This document shows, piece after piece, positions 8,673 through 19,048 of a stretch of DNA of 64,000 nt. Under the pieces are notes generated by a model. It saw only the letters and a program-made list of their open reading frames with translations. It was not told where the DNA came from and searched no databases. The DNA lies in IMG/VR virus record IMGVR_UViG_3300032318_000186, positions 660 to 64,659 of that record; one strand, 5' to 3'. A program made the position numbers and the translations under genes. Numbering within the stretch: the first letter of the stretch is position 1; the number at the start of each line of letters is the position of its first letter. This DNA comes from a virus. Taxonomy: Duplodnaviria; Caudoviricetes.

Positions 8673-11528
8673 ATGCTAAATACAAATGATTTTCTATCCG
8701 TACTACTTCCTGATACAGGGTCGTATTGCGTGGTGGGATTAAAAAAAGATGAAAGCCCAAGACAAAAGTTTGTGGGAAGTATTGAGGAAGTATGTAAGTT
8801 ATCGGAGCAGTTAGTTAATGATGGATATAACTCTTATTTTGCTTTAGCTTCGTTTACTAATCCGAAAGAAGGTAGAACTGCCAAGAACGCACAAGCGTTA
8901 AAGTCTTTCTTTATTGATATTGATTGTGGTATGGGTAAACCCTATGCCGACCAAGCCGAGGGTATGGATGCCCTTAAAGCATTCATTAAAGCTACAAAAC
9001 TACCCAAGCCTACGATAGTTAATTCAGGCAACGGTATCCACGCATATTGGGGGTTACAAGCGGCTTTGCCGAGCGAAGAATGGAAGCCCTTAGCCGAGAA
9101 ATTAAAAGCCCTATGCGCTCAGCATAAGCTTGCGGCAGATGCATCCGTTACTGCGGATACAGCACGGGTACTACGTATTCCAAACACCCTTAACTTTAAA
9201 GACCCACAAAACCCAGTTCCAGTAGAAATGTTACTTACCGGTAGCCTGGTCGATAAAAGTGTTATAGAAGATGTTTTAAATACAGTCGAGCAAGACATCT
9301 TTGCTGGTATGTCGGGTAAACCCTTTATCCCTCGTGAGATGGATGCTATGACCCTAGCTTTAATGGGTAGCACTCAGTCTCGCTTTAAGACTATATTTAC
9401 AAAGTCGATGGATGGCACGGGATGCCAACAAATGAAGATTGCTTATGATGAGCAAGCAACGTTACCCGAACCGCTTTGGAGGGCTTCATTAAGTATTATT
9501 AGTAGATGCGTAGATAGTGAAAAGTCCATTAAAGTTATGGGTGGTAAACATCCCGACTACAATCTTCAGACTTCTCTTAATAAAGCTAGTACCACAAAAG
9601 GTCCTTATACCTGCTCATGGTACAAAAACAATTCGCCTGAAGGATGCAGGGGTTGTCAGCTTAATATTACTTCCCCTATTCAATTAGGTAAGGAGTTTGC
9701 AGAAGCTACCGAAGCAGATAATACAGTTGAAGTTCCTGCCGAAGAAGGCGAAGCACCTACCATCTATCAGATTCCTAAATACCCATTCCCATACACACGG
9801 GGAGCCGCTGGTGGTATTTATACAAAGATGAAGAACGAAGATGGTGATGAAGAGATGATGTTGATTTACCCATACGACTTCTATGCAGTTAAGCGTATGC
9901 ACGACCCCGACAGAGGAGAAAGCATTTTATTACGCTTGCATTTACCGAAGGACGGAGTTAAAGAATTTATCATGCCTTTGGTTGACGTACTGGCTATGGA
10001 AAGATTTAGAGATACCGTTGGCAAACACGGAGTAGCGATACTAGGTAAGAAAGTAAACGTACTTATGGCATACATAACTAGATGGGTGGAAGAACTGCAA
10101 GCATCCACAGAAGCAGAACTAGCACGCAAACAATTTGGTTGGCTACCTGACGACTCAGGTTTTATTATTGGTGATAAAGAAATTACGGCTACTGAAGTTA
10201 AGTATAGCCCCCCTACCGCTACTACCATTGAACTTGTACCGATGTTTAGAGAGAAAGGCGATTTCCATGTTTGGAAAGATGTTATCAATGCGTATGCTAG
10301 AGATGACATGGAAGCTAAAGCTTTTGCTTTCTTTATGGGTTTTGGCAACGTACTGTTAAAGTTTACTAACTTAAAGGGTTATTTACTTAGCCTTAAATCA
10401 CAGGGTTCAGGATCAGGAAAAACTACGGTACTGCACACGATTGGTAGTATTTACGGACACCCCGAAGATAGCTTTATGCGGGTTAAGGATACATACAATC
10501 AGAAGCTACAACGTATCGGTACATTCCAAAACATCCCCATTTTGTTTGATGAGATGACAAACATGGACCCCCAGCAGAAGTCTAATTTGGCTTACGATAT
10601 TACTGAAGGTCGTGCTAAGAATCGTATGCAGTCTCAAAACAATGCCGAGCGCCTTAACCATACCAAGTGGGCAACAGGGTTAATTACAACATCTAACCGC
10701 TCCTTGCGTGATGACCTGCTTTCTATCAAGGCTTTTCCTGAAGGCGAACTAATGCGTATGATGGAGTTGCATATCTTTAATGATGTTAATGACGACCCTA
10801 TATGGGCAAGGCAACACTTTAGCCGTCTACATACTAACTACGGACACGCCATATTTCCATTCATGCAATACGTAGTTTCACATCTACCCGAGGTTATTAA
10901 GTTCTTAGGCGACATACAGGTAAAGATTGAGAATGCGGCTGAGATTAAATCCCAAGAACGGTATTGGTCAGCTATGTCGGCTATTGCCATAACTGGGGGA
11001 ATCATTGCTAAGAATTTAGGACTGCACAACATTGACCACAAACCTGTAATGGCTTATATCATTAAGCATATCAAAGAATCTAGGGCGCAGAACAAACAGA
11101 TGGTATCTGAGAATAGCGACTTCCTTAGCGGCTTTATACAGCGTAAGTTCCATGAGGTGCTGGTTATTAACGGCAAGAAAGACCACAAGACAGGCTTGGA
11201 GACAGGTCCGATTAGAGAGCCAAGGGGTGCATTAACCGCACGCTACGAACCCGATACAAAGCTTCTATATGTGGTTGCTAAGGAATACCGTGCCGAGTGT
11301 AATAAATCCCAGCTAAACTTTGATGAGTCGTTGGCTATGCACAAGAAGAGCGGGGCTTTCCTAGGTCAGAAACGTAAGCGTATGACTTCAGGCACTATTG
11401 TAGATACCAATCTAAACGCACCAGCCCTAGTGTTTGATGCTACCAAGCTGGAGTTCTTTAGGGAGGAAGCTTTACTAAATGTTGAAAATATTAAATCAGA
11501 TATTCTTAATCCCCTGGAAACGCCTTGA
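8673..11528 (+). CDS. Primase-helicase fusion (RepB'/AEP-like primase plus DUF927-type NTPase)
   Basis: FFIDIDCG, NSGNGIHAYW, RVLRIP; C-terminal GSGKTT and ILFDEMT. Confidence 0.85.
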   Translation: MLNTNDFLSVLLPDTGSYCVVGLKKDESPRQKFVGSIEEVCKLSEQLVNDGYNSYFALASFTNPKEGRTAKNAQALKSFFIDIDCGMGKPYADQAEGMDALKAFIKATKLPKPTIVNSGNGIHAYWGLQAALPSEEWKPLAEKLKALCAQHKLAADASVTADTARVLRIPNTLNFKDPQNPVPVEMLLTGSLVDKSVIEDVLNTVEQDIFAGMSGKPFIPREMDAMTLALMGSTQSRFKTIFTKSMDGTGCQQMKIAYDEQATLPEPLWRASLSIISRCVDSEKSIKVMGGKHPDYNLQTSLNKASTTKGPYTCSWYKNNSPEGCRGCQLNITSPIQLGKEFAEATEADNTVEVPAEEGEAPTIYQIPKYPFPYTRGAAGGIYTKMKNEDGDEEMMLIYPYDFYAVKRMHDPDRGESILLRLHLPKDGVKEFIMPLVDVLAMERFRDTVGKHGVAILGKKVNVLMAYITRWVEELQASTEAELARKQFGWLPDDSGFIIGDKEITATEVKYSPPTATTIELVPMFREKGDFHVWKDVINAYARDDMEAKAFAFFMGFGNVLLKFTNLKGYLLSLKSQGSGSGKTTVLHTIGSIYGHPEDSFMRVKDTYNQKLQRIGTFQNIPILFDEMTNMDPQQKSNLAYDITEGRAKNRMQSQNNAERLNHTKWATGLITTSNRSLRDDLLSIKAFPEGELMRMMELHIFNDVNDDPIWARQHFSRLHTNYGHAIFPFMQYVVSHLPEVIKFLGDIQVKIENAAEIKSQERYWSAMSAIAITGGIIAKNLGLHNIDHKPVMAYIIKHIKESRAQNKQMVSENSDFLSGFIQRKFHEVLVINGKKDHKTGLETGPIREPRGALTARYEPDTKLLYVVAKEYRAECNKSQLNFDESLAMHKKSGAFLGQKRKRMTSGTIVDTNLNAPALVFDATKLEFFREEALLNVENIKSDILNPLETP

Positions 11529-11679
11529 ACCTGAGCAGTCTATATTTATCCCTTGCTTAGACCGTAAGGCGCATGAAAAAGACCTACTGGAGGAAGCAGA
11601 AAGGCTAGGAATTGAGGTTAAATGCAAACAAGTTGTGGAAAATGGAAAATTTGGCTTGCGCTTATGGAGAGTTAAGTGA
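11479..11679 (+). CDS. Small hypothetical protein
   Basis: GGAGG RBS; overlaps the primase end. Confidence 0.7.
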   Translation: MLKILNQIFLIPWKRLEPEQSIFIPCLDRKAHEKDLLEEAERLGIEVKCKQVVENGKFGLRLWRVK

Positions 11680-11685
11680 TATAGT
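11656..11685 (+). promoter_or_regulatory. Candidate extended -10 promoter TTGCGC-18-TGaTATAGT for a short RNA
   Basis: TGn-TATAGT; no ORF between it and the terminator. Confidence 0.45.
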
Positions 11686-11723
11686 TACCTCACTCTTCTC
11701 CTCGACCCCACATTGAGGACTTA

Positions 11724-11748
11724 ATCCCGCTTCGGCGGGATCCTTTTT
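11724..11748. terminator. Intrinsic terminator between convergent blocks
   Basis: ATCCCGC-TTCG-GCGGGAT followed by a T-run. Confidence 0.85.
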
Positions 11749-14700
11749 AGTAGCCAGCCATCCGTCTTAATTGGTTTACATTGCCAAGCATTTTCTTTTC
11801 CATCTGACGGATACGCTCAATCTCTTGACCTTTTTTCTCAGCATCCATTCTAGACTCAGGTGCTTCAATAACATCTCTCTCATACGCACGTAGCTCAGAT
11901 AACTGCCTATTGATATTATTTACTTGATCTTTTACCTTAAGAAGGTCTACTCGTTTACCTTCAAATTCTCGGTATTCTTCTATTGTGCCGTGTTTCTCAA
12001 TATCGTTTAAAGTATTAACAGCTTTAGAAACTTCATCTCTAAGTTCATAATAATCATTCTTATCCGCATTGCCATACTCTCTAGCAACAAACGCACTTAA
12101 ACCAGGGGTAGTAGCAATTGCATCTTGCCAGCTCTTTTCAGGTCTAGGCTGGTCACTAACACCATTTACCAATCCGTTTGTAAACTGTAGAATTAAACCT
12201 CCAGTAGTACCTGTAACTCCTTTAATTATATGATCTACGTTTACTGGGGCAATCAACCCCGAACTACCAATAAATTTACCTAATTCGGAAGTGCTAGTTG
12301 TGTATTGTTTTTCAGTTTCTAAACCTGCTAAATGCTGACCAATAATAGACCGACCTGTGAAGAAGTTATAGTTTGTGCCTACCTCTAAGAAAGGTTTAAA
12401 TACTTGCGGTACAACAGTAGGGCTAAGTACTGCTTCGGCTAATGCACTACTCATAGCACGGCGAATCTTTTTACCGTCGGTAAATGCGTTATCAGTCATA
12501 CCCAAATAGGTATATTCAGCAATAAGTTTAGGCATTAAAGTTAAATCACTACGCAAAGGCAACATAAAAGCTGTACCTGGAATCAATAAGTGGCGGTCAC
12601 GAATGCTTGGATCCATCTTCTGATAGTCTTCATCATCCGCACTTAAAGCGGCATACATAAATGCCAAAGCACCAATCTTCAATGCGTTAGAAGCAAGAAT
12701 ACGGCGGGCTTCTTTTTTCTGTTGTGGCGCAATACCTTTACCTGATAGGGTCTTATATATTACGTTTTGAGCTTGTAAATACGCACCAAAAAACGGTATT
12801 ACCTGACGTAACATCTGAATATTGCCTGATGCCCCTGAACGCTTAAAGTTAATAATCTCAAACGCACGCTCAACTGCCAGTGCTTTATCGCCTGTTTCTT
12901 TCATGGTCATGTTGTAAACAGCCTGACGTACAGCGTTATCCGAAGCCATAGCAAAATTTTCAAGCGCCCGCATAAATGCACCTGACTTAGTATCTTTCTT
13001 TAAGCCAGCCATAATCTCAGCGTTTTCCCTAATAAACGTAGCCGAGTAATCACGCACCCCAACCGCACCATACTTAGTTAATTCAATAGCAGCCGCACTT
13101 CTACCTCGTAAGGTTTTAGTAAACTCTTTAGCTACTTCTAAAGGTAGCAACCAAGGATGCTTTAGTCCTGATGTAAGCATTGCACCAAATGAATCTTGGG
13201 AAAGCTGGCTAATAGAGAACAAAGGCATTAACACAATGTTCTTACGTAAAATATTTGCGGCAGCCGAACCAAAACCAAAATGAGGAATGGCGGCGGATTC
13301 TATACCTGTGAAGGCATAAACAAACAATGGGTCTTTAAACTCTACCTTTTGGCGTTGCCCATCTACCCATAAGTCAATAGTATTTTGCTCACGATGCACA
13401 GTCTCGTCTTGACGTAAATCTTTAACTTCGTCAGGGAATAACTTTTTAGCGGTATCGTATAGGTTTAATGCGCTACGGTTCTTCACGGCACGGGCTACGG
13501 TATAGCTAGTCCAACGTTCCATGTTATCAAAGATGTTGGCAACTTCTTGCTCGCTACCTTTAATTTTAAAACCTTTAGCAAAGTCAATCAAACCACGACC
13601 ATATTCTTTAGGGCCTGCTCTTTGTGCTAATTGTTCAACACGGTAGAACGGTACATAGTCCATGATATCTAACAACTCTTTTGCTTGGTCTTTGCTATAT
13701 AGTCCGCTTTGAACTGCTATGTCCATTGTGTTTTTACGAACGGCGTTCCAACTTTTTTGCACGTCACGTAATTCAGGGAGCATTTCAAAAAACTTAAGAC
13801 CAGCTTCAATTTGCTCGGGAGTCATGTGGCTATATATATCTTTGTCGGCTTTAGATAGTCCTTTTAAACGCTCTGCAACAAACGCTTGTTGTGCGTAGTT
13901 AGTAACTTTTTCTGTAGATAAACCGTTCTTTTTAGCAACATCTGCTAATTTACTAACAATACCTGACCAACTATCGTCGCCTTTTTCAGCTCTCCACTTA
14001 TAGGCTTTAGGGTCATACTTAAGAGAGCCATGCTGTAAGAACTGCATTGCAACTGCATCTGCGTGGGTAGCTTGAGACGTACTTACCTCAAACATCATCT
14101 GTTTAACAGTTTCCCAATCAGTTTTATTGCTTTCTAATTCTTTACGAATAGCATTATTCAACGCAGCATCTGCGGAAAATAGCATTGTTTCTGCGGTGTT
14201 TAAAAACTTATTAACTGCAGACTTAGCGGCTTGCGTACTCTTTGTAGAGTCTTTAATGGTTTGGAAAGCCCCTGTTTCTTCAGTAGGCTTAGCACGTCTA
14301 TTCGCTCCAGTAGTTTCGTAAAGTGCATCTAAGTCAGCTTCTCTAGCTACTTTTGCAATAGGCATTGTTTCTTTGCCTGTTACCGTATCTTCTTGAATCT
14401 TACGACCTGTTGCTAAAGACTGCTCAGCCGCCATCAAGCCGGATGCTAGAGCGCTAAGTTTTTGAGTAGGTGATAACCCTAATGCGTTTAATACTGCACG
14501 AATAAACGCAGTAAACAAGCTTTGGTTTTCTGCACGATAAGGAATGTTTTTAAGTTCTTCTTGGAACTCACGATTAGACATTAGCTCAGATGCAAACTCT
14601 GTAAGATTCTCCATACCATAACGACTAGAAAGTTCGGGGTGGTTTTCTTGTATAAAGTCATATAGGCGTTTTAAATCGGCAATACCTTTATTGCTTATAC

Positions 14701-17488
14701 CGCCCTCAAACTTTTGAATCAGTGAATGTAGGAAGCCGTGAACCGTTTCATGTAACACAGTATGCGAATCAACTTCGCCTTCATTAATTTGAACGGTATC
14801 TGTAAACGCATTGTATTGCGCCGCACCGTCTTTAATAGTTCCAGCAGGAACAATCTCAACTTTAGGTAGGGTGCCTTTGTTTGCGAGAAGCCGATTTGAA
14901 ATTAGTTTTTCTAAGATATTAAAAGTATTAGACGTGTCTTTTGCAATTGCGTTTAAGGCGCCAGCTATGTCGCCCCGCTGCACAGCTGCTAGTAAAGCTT
15001 CGGTTGTTTGCCCTTTAAATTCACGACGAACTTTTGGAAGTTGTTCTTCTAAAGCTTTGATACGGTCATCTAAAGTATTTAATTTTTTAAGTAGGCGAGA
15101 GGCTTCTTTTTCGTTGCCTTCATCTTTAGCTGTATCTATTGCATCTCTAATGTCTAGACGGTCTAAACCTAATTCAGTAAGTTTTTCACGAATGTTACCT
15201 AAACCTTGGGCTTCTGCAGTTTGTTGTTGGGTCTCTCTTATTGCATCAAGGCGGTCTATTTCTGCATTAGTTTTATTTTCTACGCTTTCAAGACGAGAAA
15301 TTTCATCTGCAACATATGCTTTAGCCGCTTCGGGTAAACCACGATGGAATCGTTTGGCTTCTTTAAGGTTTTCACCACTAGACAAATCAGCCGCTAACAT
15401 TTGAAGCGCTATTTCTTGTGGGTCTCCTTTTGGTTTACCACGTTTTTCGTCTAGCTTTGCAGTTCGTTCGTCAACTGCACCAGTAAAATACTTATCTCTT
15501 GCCTCATCAAATTCTTTAATTTGGCGTTTATTTAAATTTCCACTAGCTTTTAATGTACGCTGGACTGGTGCTTCTCTTCCAATAAGTTGTCCAACATCAT
15601 TCCCAACAGGAACCATTCCTCGTCGTTCAGGTTGTTCAATTCCTCTGGTGGTTCCAAGTCCGTCGCTAGGCACTCGAACGCTTGGCTCACTTGGTCCGCT
15701 GATAGCTGTAGGAGTCTCCCCAGCACTTTGCTGTTCAAGAGCTGTTTGTTCATCTTGTAACTCCTGTTGAATTAAATCTTGTTCTTCTTGAGATAATACC
15801 TCTTTTGCCGTAGGTTTTAAAGGTTTCATTCTACGTTTAGGTGCAGGGGCTACTACTTCTTGCGTTACCGCTTCCGGTGCTAATTGTTGTTCTACAACAG
15901 CTTTTGGTTTTCTTTCACGTTTCTTAGGCTCAGGAATACTAAACTCAGGACGTTCTAAAAAGCTAGTAACACCTTCAATAATTTTAACGCCACGATCTCC
16001 ACCAGCGTAGTCTTCTAAAATAGTTTTAACTTCTTTTGCTACTTTAGGATTACTTAAATCTTTGCCTAGTAACTGGTCTCTTAATTTTTTGTTGGTAGCC
16101 CCAATGTTCATGGCTTTAAAATCGGTTTCAGTAATAGGACGGCTAGGCTCTATTATTCCTTCAGCATTAGGTTCAACATAAGAAAACGCAGATTCTCGAG
16201 CTTTTAACTCGTCTTGACGTGCAATAGCGGCTTCTTGTTTAGATACGGCAGCTTGTGCAGATTGTTCTGCTTTGGCTTTTAAAGCTTCAACATCTGTTAA
16301 TAATTCATTGTATGCGTCAGACTGAGTAAATCTATCCCCAAGTCTTTCACGCATGATGCGCATTTCTGTATCTTTTTGTTCAGTTTCATAGGCATCACGA
16401 CGTGCTTGGTCTATCGCTGCTACCGCATCTTCTTGCGCTTTAATTGTATCTTGCTTAAACTGTTCAATGTCAGCTATAGCTTGAAGTCTTTGGTCTTCTC
16501 TACTACCTGTAACTGCGCCGGATATACCGCCAAACAAGCCACCACCCAATGCACCCATACCTGCTGCCGCACCAACACCTTTAGTTAAGCTAAGTTCAGG
16601 GTTAATTTCTTGCAAGCCTACGTTAGATATAAACTTACCACCACCTTCTTCTAATCCTTCAGATGCTGCTTCGCCTACAAAACCTCTAGTAAACCCACCA
16701 ACACCAGGCATACCTTTACCAGCAAGAGCACGTTCAATAGTCGCACCACCAGGAAGTCTAGCTGCGCCTAAAGAAAGAAAAGATGCTTCAATAGCGGCAA
16801 CACGTCCTTTAGCTAAGGCAATACCTGTAGCTTCTTCGTCGGGCATATCAGGGTTTTGTTTTTTAAGTTCTTTAAATGCGGCTACATAAGTATCTGAACC
16901 AACATCGGCACCTTGCATTGCAGCGCCCGTACTAATAGCGCCACGAACACCAGCTTTACCAAGGGCTTCTTCTGTAGCACCAACCATTAATGCTTTAGTA
17001 GTACCACGAGCAATTAAACCACCGCCCCACGAACCAAGCAAATTAGGTACTTGTTCTGCAAAAAACGATGTCAACAAAGCTGGGTCTTTAACCGTTTCTT
17101 TAATGGCTGTACCAAATTCAGCTAATATCCCATCAGCTTTTTCAATCTTTTGGGCACGGACGGTTTCTTTACCTCTAAGAATAGGTGATTTAGATTCTTG
17201 TCCAAACTGTTCTATTTGCTTACCAATACCCTGCAGCCCCGTATCGGAATCTTCAGCTTTAGTTATGCCGGCTAATTGAGAAATCTGTCCGGGTATTTGT
17301 GCTAGTTGTCCAACACCACTAACTAAACTTGCACCGACGTCAGTAATAGCTTCGCCAAAACCACGTTTTTGTGTAGCGGCTAAATCAGGAAAAGCTTCTA
17401 GGATTCGTTTTTTCGCATCTAATTGAGATACGTCGTCTGGAATACCTTCAACAATTCTTCCATCAGGAAGTTGAACGTTATACGGCAT
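11747..17488 (-). CDS. Large internal virion/ejection protein (1913 aa) with HExxH metallopeptidase-like region and LPD38-like C-terminus
   Basis: VLHETVHG...EFASE; helical/coiled-coil composition; last gene of the virion operon. Confidence 0.7.
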   Translation of the reverse strand: MPYNVQLPDGRIVEGIPDDVSQLDAKKRILEAFPDLAATQKRGFGEAITDVGASLVSGVGQLAQIPGQISQLAGITKAEDSDTGLQGIGKQIEQFGQESKSPILRGKETVRAQKIEKADGILAEFGTAIKETVKDPALLTSFFAEQVPNLLGSWGGGLIARGTTKALMVGATEEALGKAGVRGAISTGAAMQGADVGSDTYVAAFKELKKQNPDMPDEEATGIALAKGRVAAIEASFLSLGAARLPGGATIERALAGKGMPGVGGFTRGFVGEAASEGLEEGGGKFISNVGLQEINPELSLTKGVGAAAGMGALGGGLFGGISGAVTGSREDQRLQAIADIEQFKQDTIKAQEDAVAAIDQARRDAYETEQKDTEMRIMRERLGDRFTQSDAYNELLTDVEALKAKAEQSAQAAVSKQEAAIARQDELKARESAFSYVEPNAEGIIEPSRPITETDFKAMNIGATNKKLRDQLLGKDLSNPKVAKEVKTILEDYAGGDRGVKIIEGVTSFLERPEFSIPEPKKRERKPKAVVEQQLAPEAVTQEVVAPAPKRRMKPLKPTAKEVLSQEEQDLIQQELQDEQTALEQQSAGETPTAISGPSEPSVRVPSDGLGTTRGIEQPERRGMVPVGNDVGQLIGREAPVQRTLKASGNLNKRQIKEFDEARDKYFTGAVDERTAKLDEKRGKPKGDPQEIALQMLAADLSSGENLKEAKRFHRGLPEAAKAYVADEISRLESVENKTNAEIDRLDAIRETQQQTAEAQGLGNIREKLTELGLDRLDIRDAIDTAKDEGNEKEASRLLKKLNTLDDRIKALEEQLPKVRREFKGQTTEALLAAVQRGDIAGALNAIAKDTSNTFNILEKLISNRLLANKGTLPKVEIVPAGTIKDGAAQYNAFTDTVQINEGEVDSHTVLHETVHGFLHSLIQKFEGGISNKGIADLKRLYDFIQENHPELSSRYGMENLTEFASELMSNREFQEELKNIPYRAENQSLFTAFIRAVLNALGLSPTQKLSALASGLMAAEQSLATGRKIQEDTVTGKETMPIAKVAREADLDALYETTGANRRAKPTEETGAFQTIKDSTKSTQAAKSAVNKFLNTAETMLFSADAALNNAIRKELESNKTDWETVKQMMFEVSTSQATHADAVAMQFLQHGSLKYDPKAYKWRAEKGDDSWSGIVSKLADVAKKNGLSTEKVTNYAQQAFVAERLKGLSKADKDIYSHMTPEQIEAGLKFFEMLPELRDVQKSWNAVRKNTMDIAVQSGLYSKDQAKELLDIMDYVPFYRVEQLAQRAGPKEYGRGLIDFAKGFKIKGSEQEVANIFDNMERWTSYTVARAVKNRSALNLYDTAKKLFPDEVKDLRQDETVHREQNTIDLWVDGQRQKVEFKDPLFVYAFTGIESAAIPHFGFGSAAANILRKNIVLMPLFSISQLSQDSFGAMLTSGLKHPWLLPLEVAKEFTKTLRGRSAAAIELTKYGAVGVRDYSATFIRENAEIMAGLKKDTKSGAFMRALENFAMASDNAVRQAVYNMTMKETGDKALAVERAFEIINFKRSGASGNIQMLRQVIPFFGAYLQAQNVIYKTLSGKGIAPQQKKEARRILASNALKIGALAFMYAALSADDEDYQKMDPSIRDRHLLIPGTAFMLPLRSDLTLMPKLIAEYTYLGMTDNAFTDGKKIRRAMSSALAEAVLSPTVVPQVFKPFLEVGTNYNFFTGRSIIGQHLAGLETEKQYTTSTSELGKFIGSSGLIAPVNVDHIIKGVTGTTGGLILQFTNGLVNGVSDQPRPEKSWQDAIATTPGLSAFVAREYGNADKNDYYELRDEVSKAVNTLNDIEKHGTIEEYREFEGKRVDLLKVKDQVNNINRQLSELRAYERDVIEAPESRMDAEKKGQEIERIRQMEKKMLGNVNQLRRMAGY

Positions 17489-17497
17489 TACAATTCC

Positions 17498-19048
17498 TTA
17501 TGATTTTGGAGGTACACCTAAAGCATTAAACTGATAAACAGTAGGTGCAGGAGGACCACCGCCACCACCTAAAACCAAACCTTGCGCTAATTGCCATAAC
17601 TCTTCTGCAGATTTTCCGTAGTATTGACTACCCATCTTACCAGCTTCTTTTAATAGCCCTGCGTGTATTTTACCAACAGCAGCTAGATTTGCTTTGTTCA
17701 TAGCAGTATCGCCAGCCGCACCAATATTAGCGCCTTTTGACTTAAGAAAATCTGCATAGGCACCGTAATATTCGCCTTTGCCTTCAGCTTCTTTTCTCAT
17801 GATTGCAAGTTTTTCAGTTTCACGAGCAGCATCTTCTTTCTTCATGCCAAGACCCATGAGTTCTTTAATATTGTCACGGTCTTCTTTTCTATATCCAGCT
17901 TTATCTTGTGCGTACCCTTTAGCGGCACCCATAGCACCTTGACCAATATTAGTAAGTGCGTATGGAGAAGTACCGCCCATAATGCCAAGACCCGCTTCAA
18001 GTAAACGCATATACTTATCTTGTTTACGAGCTTCTTTACTTTCTGCTGCTTGACCTTTAAACATTTCTTCGTACTTAGCGTACATATCTTCTTTAGTCGC
18101 ACCACTAGCGTCACGGTCTGCTTCTGTTGTTGCAGCCATTCTTCCTTTTTCACCAACGGTAGGCAAAGTCCTATTACCTGTTTCTTCGCCTATCTTTTTA
18201 GCAAGTGATTCTGCTTTAAATAATTTTTCTTCGTCCCCTTTAATTTCTTCAGGCGGCATCATTTTTTTAACTTGCTCAGCGGATGTTGGGATTGAGGCTT
18301 TTCGTCTTGCTTCTTCTACAGCTGCGGCATCACGAGCAGTATCTTCAGGACGGTTAACAAACATTGGACGCTGACCTGTACGGGCTTCAGAAGCTGCTCT
18401 AAATCCAACCGCTTGTTCTCCAGGAGACTGCCTTATAAACCTATTAAAAGGATCCATAATGCCTTGTTTAACTAGTCTATAACTACTTTGCACTGGATCA
18501 TAGTTTCTAAGTTTTGCTAATTCACCTAAACCAAAATCACCAGACACGGCTTCTTGGTTGCGTAAAACACGTTGCATGTATTCGTTGTTAGCATATGGGT
18601 CTTCTACGTCTTGTCCGTTTTTAAACGCAACAATACCACCACCAGCGTATTGCATTTCTTCGTTTACATAACCACCATCATCAAATGCAACAATACCACC
18701 ACCTGCAAGAGATTGTTCATCCATACCGCTAGGTAAAGCGGCTACGCCTTGAGGACGTTGCATAGCTTGTAAACCAGCCATTTGTTGTGGCATTTGCGGC
18801 ATCTGTTGCATAGGTTGAGGCGTTGCTGCCCGTACTAAGTCTTCTTGAACTGTAGTTTGTGCAGGTGCTGGACTATGTTGGTTTAAAGTTTGACGACGTT
18901 TGATTTCTGCCAAAGCTAAAAATTCAGGCACCGCCGGGTTTTGACCCTGTGCATATCTAGCTAACACATTTAATTTAATTGCAGGATTTTCTAACTGTTT
19001 AGCAACTTGGGCATATTTGCCCATAGGATTATCAATTGTGTTTCTCAT
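17498..19048 (-). CDS. Putative ejection/internal virion protein
   Basis: Q/A-rich; repeated AGGGIVAF; position in operon. Confidence 0.6.
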   Translation of the reverse strand: MRNTIDNPMGKYAQVAKQLENPAIKLNVLARYAQGQNPAVPEFLALAEIKRRQTLNQHSPAPAQTTVQEDLVRAATPQPMQQMPQMPQQMAGLQAMQRPQGVAALPSGMDEQSLAGGGIVAFDDGGYVNEEMQYAGGGIVAFKNGQDVEDPYANNEYMQRVLRNQEAVSGDFGLGELAKLRNYDPVQSSYRLVKQGIMDPFNRFIRQSPGEQAVGFRAASEARTGQRPMFVNRPEDTARDAAAVEEARRKASIPTSAEQVKKMMPPEEIKGDEEKLFKAESLAKKIGEETGNRTLPTVGEKGRMAATTEADRDASGATKEDMYAKYEEMFKGQAAESKEARKQDKYMRLLEAGLGIMGGTSPYALTNIGQGAMGAAKGYAQDKAGYRKEDRDNIKELMGLGMKKEDAARETEKLAIMRKEAEGKGEYYGAYADFLKSKGANIGAAGDTAMNKANLAAVGKIHAGLLKEAGKMGSQYYGKSAEELWQLAQGLVLGGGGGPPAPTVYQFNALGVPPKS

